Assembly (NCBI GenBank): GCA_963662655.2
Contig: CAXXTU010000002.1
Span: 960,001 to 1,024,000 of the forward strand
Source of the DNA: Candidatus Cloacimonadales bacterium
GTDB taxonomy: Bacteria > Cloacimonadota > Cloacimonadia > Cloacimonadales > JAIOQZ01
Length of the DNA stretch: 64,000 bases
Reading direction: 5' to 3'
A program made the position numbers and the translations under genes. Below, piece by piece: positions 54,088-64,000 of the stretch; position 1 is the stretch's first letter; the number at the start of each line of letters is the position of its first letter. The notes under the pieces were generated by a model. It made no database searches. It saw nothing but the letters and a program-made list of their open reading frames with translations, and was not told the origin of the DNA.

Positions 54088-54107
54088 GATAACCTCGGTA
54101 TGTGGTG

Positions 54108-55685
54108 TTATTTCATTAGCGTTATTTTCTTACGGGAAATCTCTTTGCCGTCGGCTTTCAGCCGGCACATGTAGATCCCCGTAGCGAGCTTCTCAGGTTT
54201 CCATGTTACCGTTGACTCTTGAGAATCCAACTTGATAGCATCCACCTTCTGGCCGCGGACATTGAAAAACTCCAGTTGCATCTCGTGGCATCCTGGAACC
54301 TGGATATCGAAACATATCTCCGGGTTGAATGGATTCGGGAAAGCCTGGAAGGTAACAGAAGGCTGCGGAGCGCTCTGGTCGTCGATGGGATACGGATCCT
54401 GTTCCATTAGTCCTTCCCTTCCTGCGAAGACGAGCGCTGAGCCATAGTAATGATCGGAGCTACCGGCGTCCCCATCTGCCCCGATCGCCACGTCATCGTA
54501 GCCATCGCCGTTGAAGTCGCCGATGTCGGTTCTCGGGAAGAAGTCCTCATGATCCTGAAAGAGCTGATAGATGTCTTCCGTACCATTTCGACCTCCCAGA
54601 AAACCCCAGAATCGTTCTGCCGAAGCGATGATGAGGTCTGAATAACCGTCACCGTTCAGATCGCCGATGCTCGGATAAAAACGACTCCGATCACATTCGA
54701 GATAGCCGATCCAGTCCCAGTGAATCGTCTCACCGCCTCGCCAAATGGGTTTTCCCAGTTCATCGCCATCTTCATAGCAAGTTTCAGAACCGATGAAATC
54801 GTCATAGCCGTCCCCATTGAAATCGCCAAGCGGACGGAACTCCTGTCCGGAAGTAGTTCTCATGAAATCGAGCAGATGAATATCCGGCAGCGTATCTTGC
54901 ACGGCAGAACCGTAGAATAAACAATGATGATGCGGATAAAGCGACGATCCGTCCGGCTGGGGCACGCCTTCTCCGATATAATGGTAATAGAAATCGGCGA
55001 ATCCGTCCGCATTGAGATCGCCCAATCCGTTGATGTTTATGTGACCGTGTTGATAACGATTTTCAACCAGTGTAATGGTCTCGAATGTGTTACCCATGAT
55101 GACATAGTACGAAACACGATAAGAGCCTTCATTCATTACAGCCATATCGTCATAATTGTCGCCATTGATATCTCCGAGGGAAAATACCTCAGGCAATGAA
55201 TTGCTTGTCTGGAACTGAAAATCCGGGATGGTGTCGTTGACGGTGTTTCCGAAAAGCACGCTAATGTAGTAAAAGGACTGATAGGATCCGGCCTCGCCAT
55301 AGGACATCGAATACCCGAGGTCTTCGCATCCGTCGCCGTTCATATCGCCAAGGTTGATGATGTTGCGCCAGGAATTCATAGTCCTTTTCGTCGAATCGAC
55401 GACCGTGGAGATGGAAAGGCTGCATGTTTCGCTCAGTCCGTTGGGGCTTCCCCAATAGAGATAGAGCTTCCCGCGAAACTGCGGAACTTCGACATCGACC
55501 ATGTAGCTTGGCGCCGATACGGCCAGATCGTCGTAACCGTCGCCATTGAAATCCAGCGCAGCGATCGTGTATCCGTAATTGTCGCATTCCTGAACCCCAG
55601 CGTCAGACCACACAAGCTCCATTGTCTGTTGAGAAAACAGGTTCAGAAAGCAGACCAACATGGATAGCAATATGATGTTTCGCAT
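54108..55685 (-). CDS. Secreted FG-GAP repeat protein with FlgD-Ig/CTD tail
   Basis: Repeated GDxNGDGxxD, FPNPFNP. Confidence 0.88.
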   Translation of the reverse strand: MRNIILLSMLVCFLNLFSQQTMELVWSDAGVQECDNYGYTIAALDFNGDGYDDLAVSAPSYMVDVEVPQFRGKLYLYWGSPNGLSETCSLSISTVVDSTKRTMNSWRNIINLGDMNGDGCEDLGYSMSYGEAGSYQSFYYISVLFGNTVNDTIPDFQFQTSNSLPEVFSLGDINGDNYDDMAVMNEGSYRVSYYVIMGNTFETITLVENRYQHGHININGLGDLNADGFADFYYHYIGEGVPQPDGSSLYPHHHCLFYGSAVQDTLPDIHLLDFMRTTSGQEFRPLGDFNGDGYDDFIGSETCYEDGDELGKPIWRGGETIHWDWIGYLECDRSRFYPSIGDLNGDGYSDLIIASAERFWGFLGGRNGTEDIYQLFQDHEDFFPRTDIGDFNGDGYDDVAIGADGDAGSSDHYYGSALVFAGREGLMEQDPYPIDDQSAPQPSVTFQAFPNPFNPEICFDIQVPGCHEMQLEFFNVRGQKVDAIKLDSQESTVTWKPEKLATGIYMCRLKADGKEISRKKITLMK

Positions 55686-55712
55686 CGTGATTCTCCTTGC
55701 ACGCGTTTTCGG

Positions 55713-58700
55713 TTACTGCAACAGCAACATTTTTCTTATCTGGCTCGTCTTGCGATCCGTGAGCCTGTAGAGATAGACGCCGGACGCAACCGGTTTTCCG
55801 GTATCGTTGTTTCCCCGCCAGACAACCTGGTGGCTTCCCGCTTTAAATTCGGGATAGGTCTTCACCCGTTGTCCTTTGACATTGTAGATTTCAAGCTTTG
55901 CCGATTCGCCCTGCTTGACGCTGAACGAGATCGTCGTGGTGGGATTGAATGGATTCGGGTAGTTTGCATGAAGAACCGTCCTCGATACATCCGGGACTAA
56001 CGTGTCGTCCGTATCGACATACCCTTCCCAGGCCAGGAACGGGTAGCCCGAATTCTCCGAGGGATTGATCCCCCAGATATCCTCATCGCCGTTGAAGGAC
56101 TCCTCCATGAAATCCCAACCGGCTTGAATATATGTGTCCTGAACGTGCATTTCGATCGTCGAAAGGCCGGTTCCCCCGTAACTTTCATCCTGCCCGGAGG
56201 TCTCGATGTCCCAGAAGCAATCTTCCACCTGACTGTTCTCCCGACATCCGGCAAAACCACCAGTCTGCGTTTCGCCCGTGACGATTCCGCATGAATAGCA
56301 ATGCGTTACATCGACGTGCTCCGCGAGTTTCCCTACAAATCCACCGATACAATCATCGCCGGATACATTTCCCATTGCGTACGAATTCTCAATCCCCGAC
56401 AGCACGGAGTATCCAATCAACCCTCCGATGAATCGGGAACCTTCGACATCTGCGTTCGAATAGCTCTGTTGAATTGTGTTCCCGTAGTACGTCGCTCCGC
56501 ATATACCGCCTGCAAACAAATCGCAGACGATTGTTCCCGAACTGGAGCAATTTTCGATGGTGCAATCATCGATCGCGTACCCGGCAATCGCTCCCGCATA
56601 CTGCTGCGCAGTGATAGAAACGTTTGTCATGGCTAGATTTCGGATGGTTGCGTTCTGGATGTATCCGAACAAACCTTTCGGGCTGGCATCTTCATTGTCG
56701 ATGAACAGGCTGTCGATGGCATGACCTTGCCCGTCGAAAGTACCCGTGAAAGGAGTCTGGAATGTACCGAAAGTCATAAAACCTCGATTGGAGAACCACC
56801 GTGAAGTCGCGGAGGCATTTACATCCGCGATCAGCTCGATGGACGAGTCCCAAGCGCTATCATTCAATTCCAGCCAGTAAAGTTCGCAGGTGCTCTCGAC
56901 TCTGTATGGATCGCTTTCGGTTCCGGCGCCCTGAGGTTGCAGCGGAGGTTTGTATTCGGCTCCCCTCCATGCGAAATACGGGTAACCGCCGTTGCTTGCG
57001 GGATCGATCCCCCAGATATCCACGGTTCCATTCTCCGTTTCTTCGAGGAAGTCCCATCCGGCGTCGATATAAGGGGCCGGATACATCATCTGAGTCCAGG
57101 TCAATCCGGTTCCACCGTCACTTTCGGCTTGTTGCGAAGTCGTTGTGTCCCAGAAACAATTAACGATGCTTGCTTCGCCCTGGGTACCGATCAGACCGCC
57201 GGTATTGCTTTCTCCTTCAACCACGGCATAGCTGTATGAATCCGAAACTACCCCGCCGTCGCATCCTCCGACCAAACCGCCTGCGCGATCGACGCCGGTA
57301 ACGGTTCCGGAGCTGAAGCACTGGCTTATCTCTCCCGAGACCAGTTGCCCGATCAACCCGCCCGTGTTGCCGCTGCCGCTCACGGCATCAGTACTGTACG
57401 ATTGCTCGATCGTCCCCGATTCCATGTAGCCCACCAGGCCTCCGACGCTCGTGCTCCCGGGAATTTCTCCCGTGTTGTACGATTGGACAATGGTTCCCGA
57501 TTCGAAATAGCCGAATAAACCACCGGCTTGATCGCTTCCATAAACACGGCCATTATTGACAAGCATCGAAGCCGTACCGCTGAAGTGTCCGCAGATTCCG
57601 CCGGCTTCTTCCGGTCCGTGGTTCAGTTGGCTTTCGTTGGTACAATTGGAAATGGTGCAGGAATCGGCATATCCGACGATTCCCCCCACATATAACTCAC
57701 TGAAGGCGATACTCCCGTCGGAGGTGCAATCCGTAATCGATCCGTTGAGATGTTTGCCGATCAAACCGCCTACGCATTCACCGCCGTAAACATTACATAA
57801 CTCCCGGTGGCAGTTGTGCATATTGCCGTTTTCCAGCGCACCCGCGATTCCCCCTGAATAATCGCCGCCGCGAACAGTAAGGTATGAAACGTCGCAGTCC
57901 GTTATATCCATCCCCTCGAGGTATCCCACTACCCCTCCGGTATAGGTATCGCCGTTTATCTCTCCTTCCACGGAGCACTCGGATATCGAGGATCCATCGA
58001 CGGCTTTCCCGGCAATCCCGCCAACATAGTTTGTTCCGTCTATATCGCATTCCGATAAGACGATATTACTGATCTGCGCGCCGGAAATATATCCGAACAA
58101 TCCCACGTAATCATCATTCGGGTACGAGCAGTGAAGATTCGATATCGTGAACCCCTGCCCGTTATAGCTCCCGGTGAAGGGGATATACTCGTTTGTGCCA
58201 ATCGGAAGGAATTGATTCAGACTATAGACCGATGAACTGGTGAGATGCGCATCGATATCGACCAATTGCTTGTAATGCGCGTTCCATTGAGTGGAGTGTC
58301 GGCTGATCCAGATAAAAGTTTCGAAATTGTAGATGAGAAACGGATCCTCTTCCGTTCCGGTCCCTGCGGGATAGCCATCGTCCGGGCGGAAAACCGTATC
58401 GACAAACACATCGTCGATCATGAGCGTTTGGGCATGAGTGGTCGATTGTGTAACAAGGGCAAAACGGATGGTTTGACCGACATAAGACCTCAGGCTTTTT
58501 CGCACGAATTCCCAGGTCCTATTCGTTGCGGTTGTGTCCAGCAGGGTCGAGGTGAAGTCCTCGGGCTCAATGCCGCCTGTTGAAATCTTGATCTGATAGT
58601 CTGCCGGATACGAATTATCTGTATTGACCCAGAATTTCAGCCAGGAGATACGATCGATATCAATGGGTGGCGAGATCAGGTAGTTGACGTTTGAATTATC

Positions 58701-59789
58701 GCACGGACTGCTTACGCAAAACGCCCCCGAATGAGGTGTCTGAGAGTCGTCGGAAAGCTGCCAGTTAACTCCATTCCCATCCTGATCGACGATTGTCCAG
58801 CTCGAAGGAGGGAAGCCGTTCTCGAACCCTTCTTGCAGCAAGCGATATTCATCCAGGCCGGTGATGCAATAGACGCTGTTGGAGTATCCGGATTCCACGG
58901 TTTCGTCATACATGGCGCTTATCTTGTATTCATGCGTGATACCGGGAATCGGCGTTTCATCGTAGCACGTTAACGCAGTGCCAGGCAATTCGCTCATAAG
59001 CTCGTTGTCCTTGTAAACCCGATACCCCGTAATCATGCGTGTCAAAGGTCTGAAATCGCAGGGATCGGCCTGTCGACCACGCAGGGCCGGGCGAGGAATA
59101 TCTTGTGCAGAATGGGATTGATAAGGCGATACCTTCGTCAAACAACTTCCGCCCCTGTATTCGCCGGAGGTGATCCACAGGTTCATGAGAAAATCGCCCT
59201 CGGCGATGGAAGACAGGCTATACGTATCCTGGATATTGACGATCCGGGAGCTGGCATTCAACTGCTCATCGAAATCGATGACCGGGTACGCGTTTTCAGA
59301 CGTGTTTCCAAGAGGCTCCATCACGATGCAGACCCGGGTCGGCACTTCCAGACCACCGAGAGGAATCCCGCTTTCCCACCCATCGGTCAGGGTAGTCTCC
59401 AGGTCTTCGATGATCGCGATGGGCTGCGAGGGATTCTCCGGATCATAGATATGTAATCGGTACTCGAATAATCCCGAGACTCCCCAGGGACTGTGACGAA
59501 AATCGAGATACTGAAGAACGGGGCTGGCCCAGGCGGACAGTTCGAAAATCGTACCATAGCCTAGATTGAAGGTTTGATAGTAAGCGCTGTGCGGTGTATT
59601 GTCGTGGTAGTGGAGTTCCGCCAAGCCTTCCGGCATGGGTTCATCCCATTTCAGTTGAACGAAGTCGAGACCCTTCTCGTACGTCAGGTTCAGCGGAGGA
59701 TTCTGAGCGATGAGAAGCCCGGACGCCGCCAGCATTGCGAAGCATAATATCCATTGCGGAAAAAAGGATTGATTTCTATTCGCTTTCAT
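55713..59789 (-). CDS. Large secreted protein: cleaved-adhesin-like domain, two GLUG regions, FlgD-Ig tail
   Basis: EGFE..FPP.W..DQDGNG.W, YLISP, IDDV; many VGGxxG repeats; NYPNPFNP. Confidence 0.88.
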   Translation of the reverse strand: MKANRNQSFFPQWILCFAMLAASGLLIAQNPPLNLTYEKGLDFVQLKWDEPMPEGLAELHYHDNTPHSAYYQTFNLGYGTIFELSAWASPVLQYLDFRHSPWGVSGLFEYRLHIYDPENPSQPIAIIEDLETTLTDGWESGIPLGGLEVPTRVCIVMEPLGNTSENAYPVIDFDEQLNASSRIVNIQDTYSLSSIAEGDFLMNLWITSGEYRGGSCLTKVSPYQSHSAQDIPRPALRGRQADPCDFRPLTRMITGYRVYKDNELMSELPGTALTCYDETPIPGITHEYKISAMYDETVESGYSNSVYCITGLDEYRLLQEGFENGFPPSSWTIVDQDGNGVNWQLSDDSQTPHSGAFCVSSPCDNSNVNYLISPPIDIDRISWLKFWVNTDNSYPADYQIKISTGGIEPEDFTSTLLDTTATNRTWEFVRKSLRSYVGQTIRFALVTQSTTHAQTLMIDDVFVDTVFRPDDGYPAGTGTEEDPFLIYNFETFIWISRHSTQWNAHYKQLVDIDAHLTSSSVYSLNQFLPIGTNEYIPFTGSYNGQGFTISNLHCSYPNDDYVGLFGYISGAQISNIVLSECDIDGTNYVGGIAGKAVDGSSISECSVEGEINGDTYTGGVVGYLEGMDITDCDVSYLTVRGGDYSGGIAGALENGNMHNCHRELCNVYGGECVGGLIGKHLNGSITDCTSDGSIAFSELYVGGIVGYADSCTISNCTNESQLNHGPEEAGGICGHFSGTASMLVNNGRVYGSDQAGGLFGYFESGTIVQSYNTGEIPGSTSVGGLVGYMESGTIEQSYSTDAVSGSGNTGGLIGQLVSGEISQCFSSGTVTGVDRAGGLVGGCDGGVVSDSYSYAVVEGESNTGGLIGTQGEASIVNCFWDTTTSQQAESDGGTGLTWTQMMYPAPYIDAGWDFLEETENGTVDIWGIDPASNGGYPYFAWRGAEYKPPLQPQGAGTESDPYRVESTCELYWLELNDSAWDSSIELIADVNASATSRWFSNRGFMTFGTFQTPFTGTFDGQGHAIDSLFIDNEDASPKGLFGYIQNATIRNLAMTNVSITAQQYAGAIAGYAIDDCTIENCSSSGTIVCDLFAGGICGATYYGNTIQQSYSNADVEGSRFIGGLIGYSVLSGIENSYAMGNVSGDDCIGGFVGKLAEHVDVTHCYSCGIVTGETQTGGFAGCRENSQVEDCFWDIETSGQDESYGGTGLSTIEMHVQDTYIQAGWDFMEESFNGDEDIWGINPSENSGYPFLAWEGYVDTDDTLVPDVSRTVLHANYPNPFNPTTTISFSVKQGESAKLEIYNVKGQRVKTYPEFKAGSHQVVWRGNNDTGKPVASGVYLYRLTDRKTSQIRKMLLLQ

Positions 59790-59841
59790 ACCAACTCCTG
59801 TTCTTTCAATTTCATGAAGACCGTTGAACGAATTCCCGTCT

Positions 59842-62013
59842 TTATTTGATCATCAGCATTTTTTGCATCACCGCATGCTTCCCTGCCTGCATGCGATACA
59901 GGTACACGCCACTCGATACCGGCTCTCCCCGATCGTCGTCGCCATTCCATTGCAAGCCATGTTCGCCTTTCTTCAATCTCTCACGTACCAGCGTCTTGAC
60001 ACGCTGTCCCTTGATGTTGAAGATTTCAAGGATAACATCGCTGTCTTCTTTCAGGGAAAAACGTATCGTGGTGGACGGATTGAAGGGGTTCGGATAGTTA
60101 TTCAACACAATTTCAGGTTCTTCAATCGCAAGCTCGTGCGTCCCAACGGCCTCGATCTCGAGGACATTGATTCCGCCGTATCTATTGTTCAAGACCAGGC
60201 AGCCGTCGCAATGAATGATCTGGCTCGTGATCTGATTCCAGTAATAGACGCCGGTCTGTTCGGGCTGTATCGGGTTGGCGATATCGAACAACAACAAACG
60301 GTTCCACATGTTATCGGCCACGATGAGGTTATTCTCCACGATGCACGATGCACTGAAGAGATTTCCATCGTCCATGCGAACGGTTCCAACAAGCTGCGGC
60401 GTGGCAGGTTCGATCAGATCATAGATCTTTATCGCTGTTTCCGTAATGATATAGAGATCATTCAGATAAAACTGAACATCCTGGATAACGCCCGGGAAAA
60501 TGGTGCTGAGGCATTGCAAGTCCCCGTCTTCTTCGATATCGTAGATTTGCAGGATATTCTCTTCTGTCCATGCGTAAAGAAAGCCGTTGGCCGCCCGGAT
60601 ATCTTCGAAAAGCAATGGAGCATCAGTTGCCCCCAGGTAAATCGGATAATCAAGATCGGAAACGCTGCTTCGCACAATATGCCCTGGCTCCGTCATATAC
60701 ATGGTTTCATCTGCGATCTCCAGGCCATACAGTCGGTCGTGACTGAAGGGCGTATGCTCGCGAATCTGGATTGGTTGGGTCGGGTCGCTGACATCATACA
60801 GCCTTACCCCATGATTCAGCTCGGACAGAAACAGGACGTCGTCCACGAGGAGGATATCCTGTGGCCAGCTTAACCAGTCGAGGGTGGCAATCGCTTCCGG
60901 ATTGTTGAGGTCGGAGAAGTCTGCAATAATCAAATCCTGCACCTGAACCAGGTAGAGAGTATCGTCGAATAGCTTGCAGAAATTTATTTCCACATGATCC
61001 GTATCGATATCGTAGCCTGCAAACGTACCGATAAGACGGTCGTTCCCCGGATTGGACAGGTCGAGGCAACGGGCGAATCCGTTATCGATAACCATGATTC
61101 TTTGATCGCCCAGATCGATCGGGCAATTCGTTACCGCAGCGAAGTCATCCAGACGCTCCAGATGCGCGGGGTCGGATACATCGATAAAATGGATGATGGA
61201 TTCCGCCCGATAGCTGATTGCAATATCCCCTACGAAATCAATATGACCGGCTCTGCTTTGGACATCGTCCAATCGTTGCATGTTTCCCGGGTCCGAAACA
61301 TCGATGGAGATCAGCTTTCCCTCATCCCAACTCGAGACGTAGAGGCAATCGCCGTGTGCACCCAAATAACCGTCAGCAGCAACTTGAGACAGTTGCGGCC
61401 AGGAGTCGGAATTGCTTGCATCATACGCCGTGACGACATCGTTTCTCGCGATGAACACGATATCTCCTTTGATCTCGACATCGCTCATGTACCCGCCAAC
61501 GCTTACCGGAAGATGTTGTGGATTCAGCGGGTCGCTGACGTCCCAGCAGTCACTGCAATAGATATAGTCTTCATAGTCCTCGTCGTAGTAGTACCAACTG
61601 TACACAATGAGCGTATCCGACGCGTCCAACGTGTTGGTCGAAGCCCCGTAGAAGGGGTGGCAAGTGGGAGCAAGTGATGTTTCGACTACCAGTTCCGGAG
61701 AGTTCGGATTGCTGATATCGAATACTTCCAGGTTGCCGTATGCTGCGATCAGGTAGTCTCCGCTTATGACTGCATCGAATTTGTAAGGGTAATAAACCTC
61801 GAAGGGCAACGCGCTGAGCAGCTCGATATTGTATGGATCGGACACGTCGAAAAGGAACGCATCGTCATACAAACCCATTGTTGCGATCATCAAATCGCCT
61901 TCTCGAAACAGAACCTGTTCAATGTCCGTCTCGAAACACCTGTATTGGCGGAATACCGCAAACATGTTCACCGACAGCATGATAATCACGATCGATACAA
62001 AGACCTTTTTCAT
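59842..62013 (-). CDS. Secreted LVIVD-repeat protein with FlgD-Ig tail
   Basis: Repeated xDVSDPxxP units, NYPNPFNP. Confidence 0.88.
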   Translation of the reverse strand: MKKVFVSIVIIMLSVNMFAVFRQYRCFETDIEQVLFREGDLMIATMGLYDDAFLFDVSDPYNIELLSALPFEVYYPYKFDAVISGDYLIAAYGNLEVFDISNPNSPELVVETSLAPTCHPFYGASTNTLDASDTLIVYSWYYYDEDYEDYIYCSDCWDVSDPLNPQHLPVSVGGYMSDVEIKGDIVFIARNDVVTAYDASNSDSWPQLSQVAADGYLGAHGDCLYVSSWDEGKLISIDVSDPGNMQRLDDVQSRAGHIDFVGDIAISYRAESIIHFIDVSDPAHLERLDDFAAVTNCPIDLGDQRIMVIDNGFARCLDLSNPGNDRLIGTFAGYDIDTDHVEINFCKLFDDTLYLVQVQDLIIADFSDLNNPEAIATLDWLSWPQDILLVDDVLFLSELNHGVRLYDVSDPTQPIQIREHTPFSHDRLYGLEIADETMYMTEPGHIVRSSVSDLDYPIYLGATDAPLLFEDIRAANGFLYAWTEENILQIYDIEEDGDLQCLSTIFPGVIQDVQFYLNDLYIITETAIKIYDLIEPATPQLVGTVRMDDGNLFSASCIVENNLIVADNMWNRLLLFDIANPIQPEQTGVYYWNQITSQIIHCDGCLVLNNRYGGINVLEIEAVGTHELAIEEPEIVLNNYPNPFNPSTTIRFSLKEDSDVILEIFNIKGQRVKTLVRERLKKGEHGLQWNGDDDRGEPVSSGVYLYRMQAGKHAVMQKMLMIK

Positions 62014-62029
62014 CGCTCTTCCCTCCCCG

Positions 62030-64000
62030 TTACTTGATCAGGATCATTTTACGGCTTCGATCCAGTTCACCGGATTTGACTCGATACAAATAAACGCCGG
62101 AAGCCTGCCTGTTCCCATTGTCGTCCGTTCCGTCCCAGAGAATCAGATGCTTCCCAGCCTTCATTCTTTCGTCGACAAGGGTTCTTACCTTCTGGCCCCT
62201 GACATTATATATTGTGAGCTCCGTGTTGCTCTCGTTCGGTATTTCCAACGAGATCGTGGTGCACGGATTGAATGGGTTGGGATAGTTGGACATGAGCAAT
62301 TCGGGGCGGGGCATGTATTGCGGATCGTTATCGATCGCGCTGCAATCGAGAACTTCTATATAGGGATATCCGTTGGAGGCGTAAAGGAAATCACCCTGGC
62401 GCTGCATCTGCTCTACCGGATGACTCCGGCTGTATGTCTTGGTCAAGGCAGGCTCTTGAAGATTTGAAAGATCGTATGTAAGAATCCGATACCATTGATT
62501 ATCTGCCAGCATCAACCTGCTGCCGTCGAAGAGACCGGTATGTAGCGAACTGTCGTCATCAACAGTAATTGTGCTCATCCACACGGGAAATCCCGGATTC
62601 GAGTGGTCGTATAGATCGACAGACGTTTCACCAATGATCGCGAAAACAGCTTCTCCGAACACAACATCCCTGATGTTATCCGCCTGAATGGACGCCATGA
62701 GCTGAGGAACCACCACCCCGGAAAGATTGTAGATGTCCAGACCGTTCGCTTCGTCCCACAGGAAAAGCATGTCATTGTCGATTTTCATGTGATCGTTTGG
62801 GCCACTCATGGGCATTTCCGTGTGCAAGAGAGGATTTTCGGGATCATTGATGAAGACGATACTCAGGACGTTATCGTACGTGAAATAGATGTAATCGCCC
62901 CGGATGACGATCTCTTTCGCCTCGTCAATTACTTCAGGTGTATAAGTTGCCACTTCTTGGGGACTGCTTACGTCGCTGATATCGAAGATTCGCAGTCCTT
63001 CTGCCCCGTCACAAAGAACCACAAGGTCCTCGAAAACATCGAAATCGGAAGCAGTGGAGTAGTCGTATACCCAGGATAATAAACACGGGCTTCCGGGATT
63101 GCTTATGTCGTGAATCGAAAAATGACCGTATATGCTCACTGACCAGCTAGAATCAAGCGAGAACAAGAGATTGTCCCTGATTTCAAAGAAATAGGTCCTG
63201 GCAGAATAATTAAACAATCCTGTAATCACATCGACAGCAACAGGATCGGATGGATCGGAGAAATCGAAGCGAGTCCAGCAGTTATCCATCAATATGTATA
63301 GCTCGTCATTTTCCACGACGCACTTGTTCTCCGGTGCGGTGAAGCATCCGAGCAATTCCAGCGCAGCCGGGTCTTCCACATCGACGATATTAATGGGATC
63401 ATCGTTATATGACAGTCTCTGAATAATTGCCGTATTGTTTTCTATCGATATGTTGCCGTACGTAACTGCTATCTGATCAAGCAGATTCGGGGTGTTGTTT
63501 TGTGAGATTTCGTATGTTCTTAATCCGTTCGAGTACGATGCAGTATAGAGAATTCCATCTTGCAGGAAGATGTCGTAAGCCGAGAAGCCTAATTCAATGA
63601 CATCATGCTGTACCCATCCCGGCTGGGTGTTGTCGTATACATAAATGCTATATCCATCCAGCGCGTACGTGTAATCTCCATACAGCCTGACGGAATCCGG
63701 AGATATCAGCCCTTCGGCAAACCCGTGCAGCGTTGGTTGAACCGGATCGGAAACATCCCATCGAAGCCATCGCATGTGGTAATCCCCATCGGAGGAGTAT
63801 TGATACACAAGGACAAGCCGATCGTCGAGAACATCAAACGCCTTGAGAGAGGTAGAGCCCGAATGCCCTCCGATGTCGATCGTCTGTGAAATGACAGGCG
63901 TCTCGGGATGCTCAATATTTACGATGTAGATTTGCGTCGGCATTGTCAACGCGTACAGATAGCTCCCCTCAATCACAGCAGCGGAGCAATCGTCGATTTC
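62030..64000 (-). CDS. LVIVD-repeat protein with FlgD-Ig tail, 5'-partial
   Basis: Repeated DISNP/DVSDP units, NYPNPFNP; frame is open to the window end. Confidence 0.85.
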   Translation of the reverse strand, partial: EIDDCSAAVIEGSYLYALTMPTQIYIVNIEHPETPVISQTIDIGGHSGSTSLKAFDVLDDRLVLVYQYSSDGDYHMRWLRWDVSDPVQPTLHGFAEGLISPDSVRLYGDYTYALDGYSIYVYDNTQPGWVQHDVIELGFSAYDIFLQDGILYTASYSNGLRTYEISQNNTPNLLDQIAVTYGNISIENNTAIIQRLSYNDDPINIVDVEDPAALELLGCFTAPENKCVVENDELYILMDNCWTRFDFSDPSDPVAVDVITGLFNYSARTYFFEIRDNLLFSLDSSWSVSIYGHFSIHDISNPGSPCLLSWVYDYSTASDFDVFEDLVVLCDGAEGLRIFDISDVSSPQEVATYTPEVIDEAKEIVIRGDYIYFTYDNVLSIVFINDPENPLLHTEMPMSGPNDHMKIDNDMLFLWDEANGLDIYNLSGVVVPQLMASIQADNIRDVVFGEAVFAIIGETSVDLYDHSNPGFPVWMSTITVDDDSSLHTGLFDGSRLMLADNQWYRILTYDLSNLQEPALTKTYSRSHPVEQMQRQGDFLYASNGYPYIEVLDCSAIDNDPQYMPRPELLMSNYPNPFNPCTTISLEIPNESNTELTIYNVRGQKVRTLVDERMKAGKHLILWDGTDDNGNRQASGVYLYRVKSGELDRSRKMILIK

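Overview
Bacterial chromosomal window. Many secreted proteins end in an 'NYPNPFNP' FlgD-Ig-like C-terminal domain and LPS genes are present, which suggests a Cloacimonadota-like diderm anaerobe (inference). Most of it is housekeeping or accessory: a hybrid sensor kinase, PhoH, HD-GYP, an extended alanine racemase, waaA, rmuC, topA, secA, fdhD, a NifS-SelD fusion, mobB, tRNA-Arg(CCT), mfd, an lpxH-like gene, cyclophilins, and five tandem secreted repeat proteins. Highlights: (1) an AT-rich Abi-P2-like reverse transcriptase (YRDD) with one in-frame TGA. It is followed by a SatD-like nucleotidyl-cyclase/HTH gene and a DUF3307 membrane gene, separated by an array of 18-bp palindromes on a 29-bp period; this is a candidate defence/signalling module. 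(2) A ~125-nt hairpin element in four diverged copies with compensatory stem changes and invariant loop bases. (3) A ~200-nt multi-branched structured element upstream of secA. (4) A four-gene uncharacterised membrane operon (DUF6754-like). Two single-base homopolymer frameshifts (mfd, Ntn-hydrolase) suggest some sequencing error. Family names come from motif recognition only; no searches were run.
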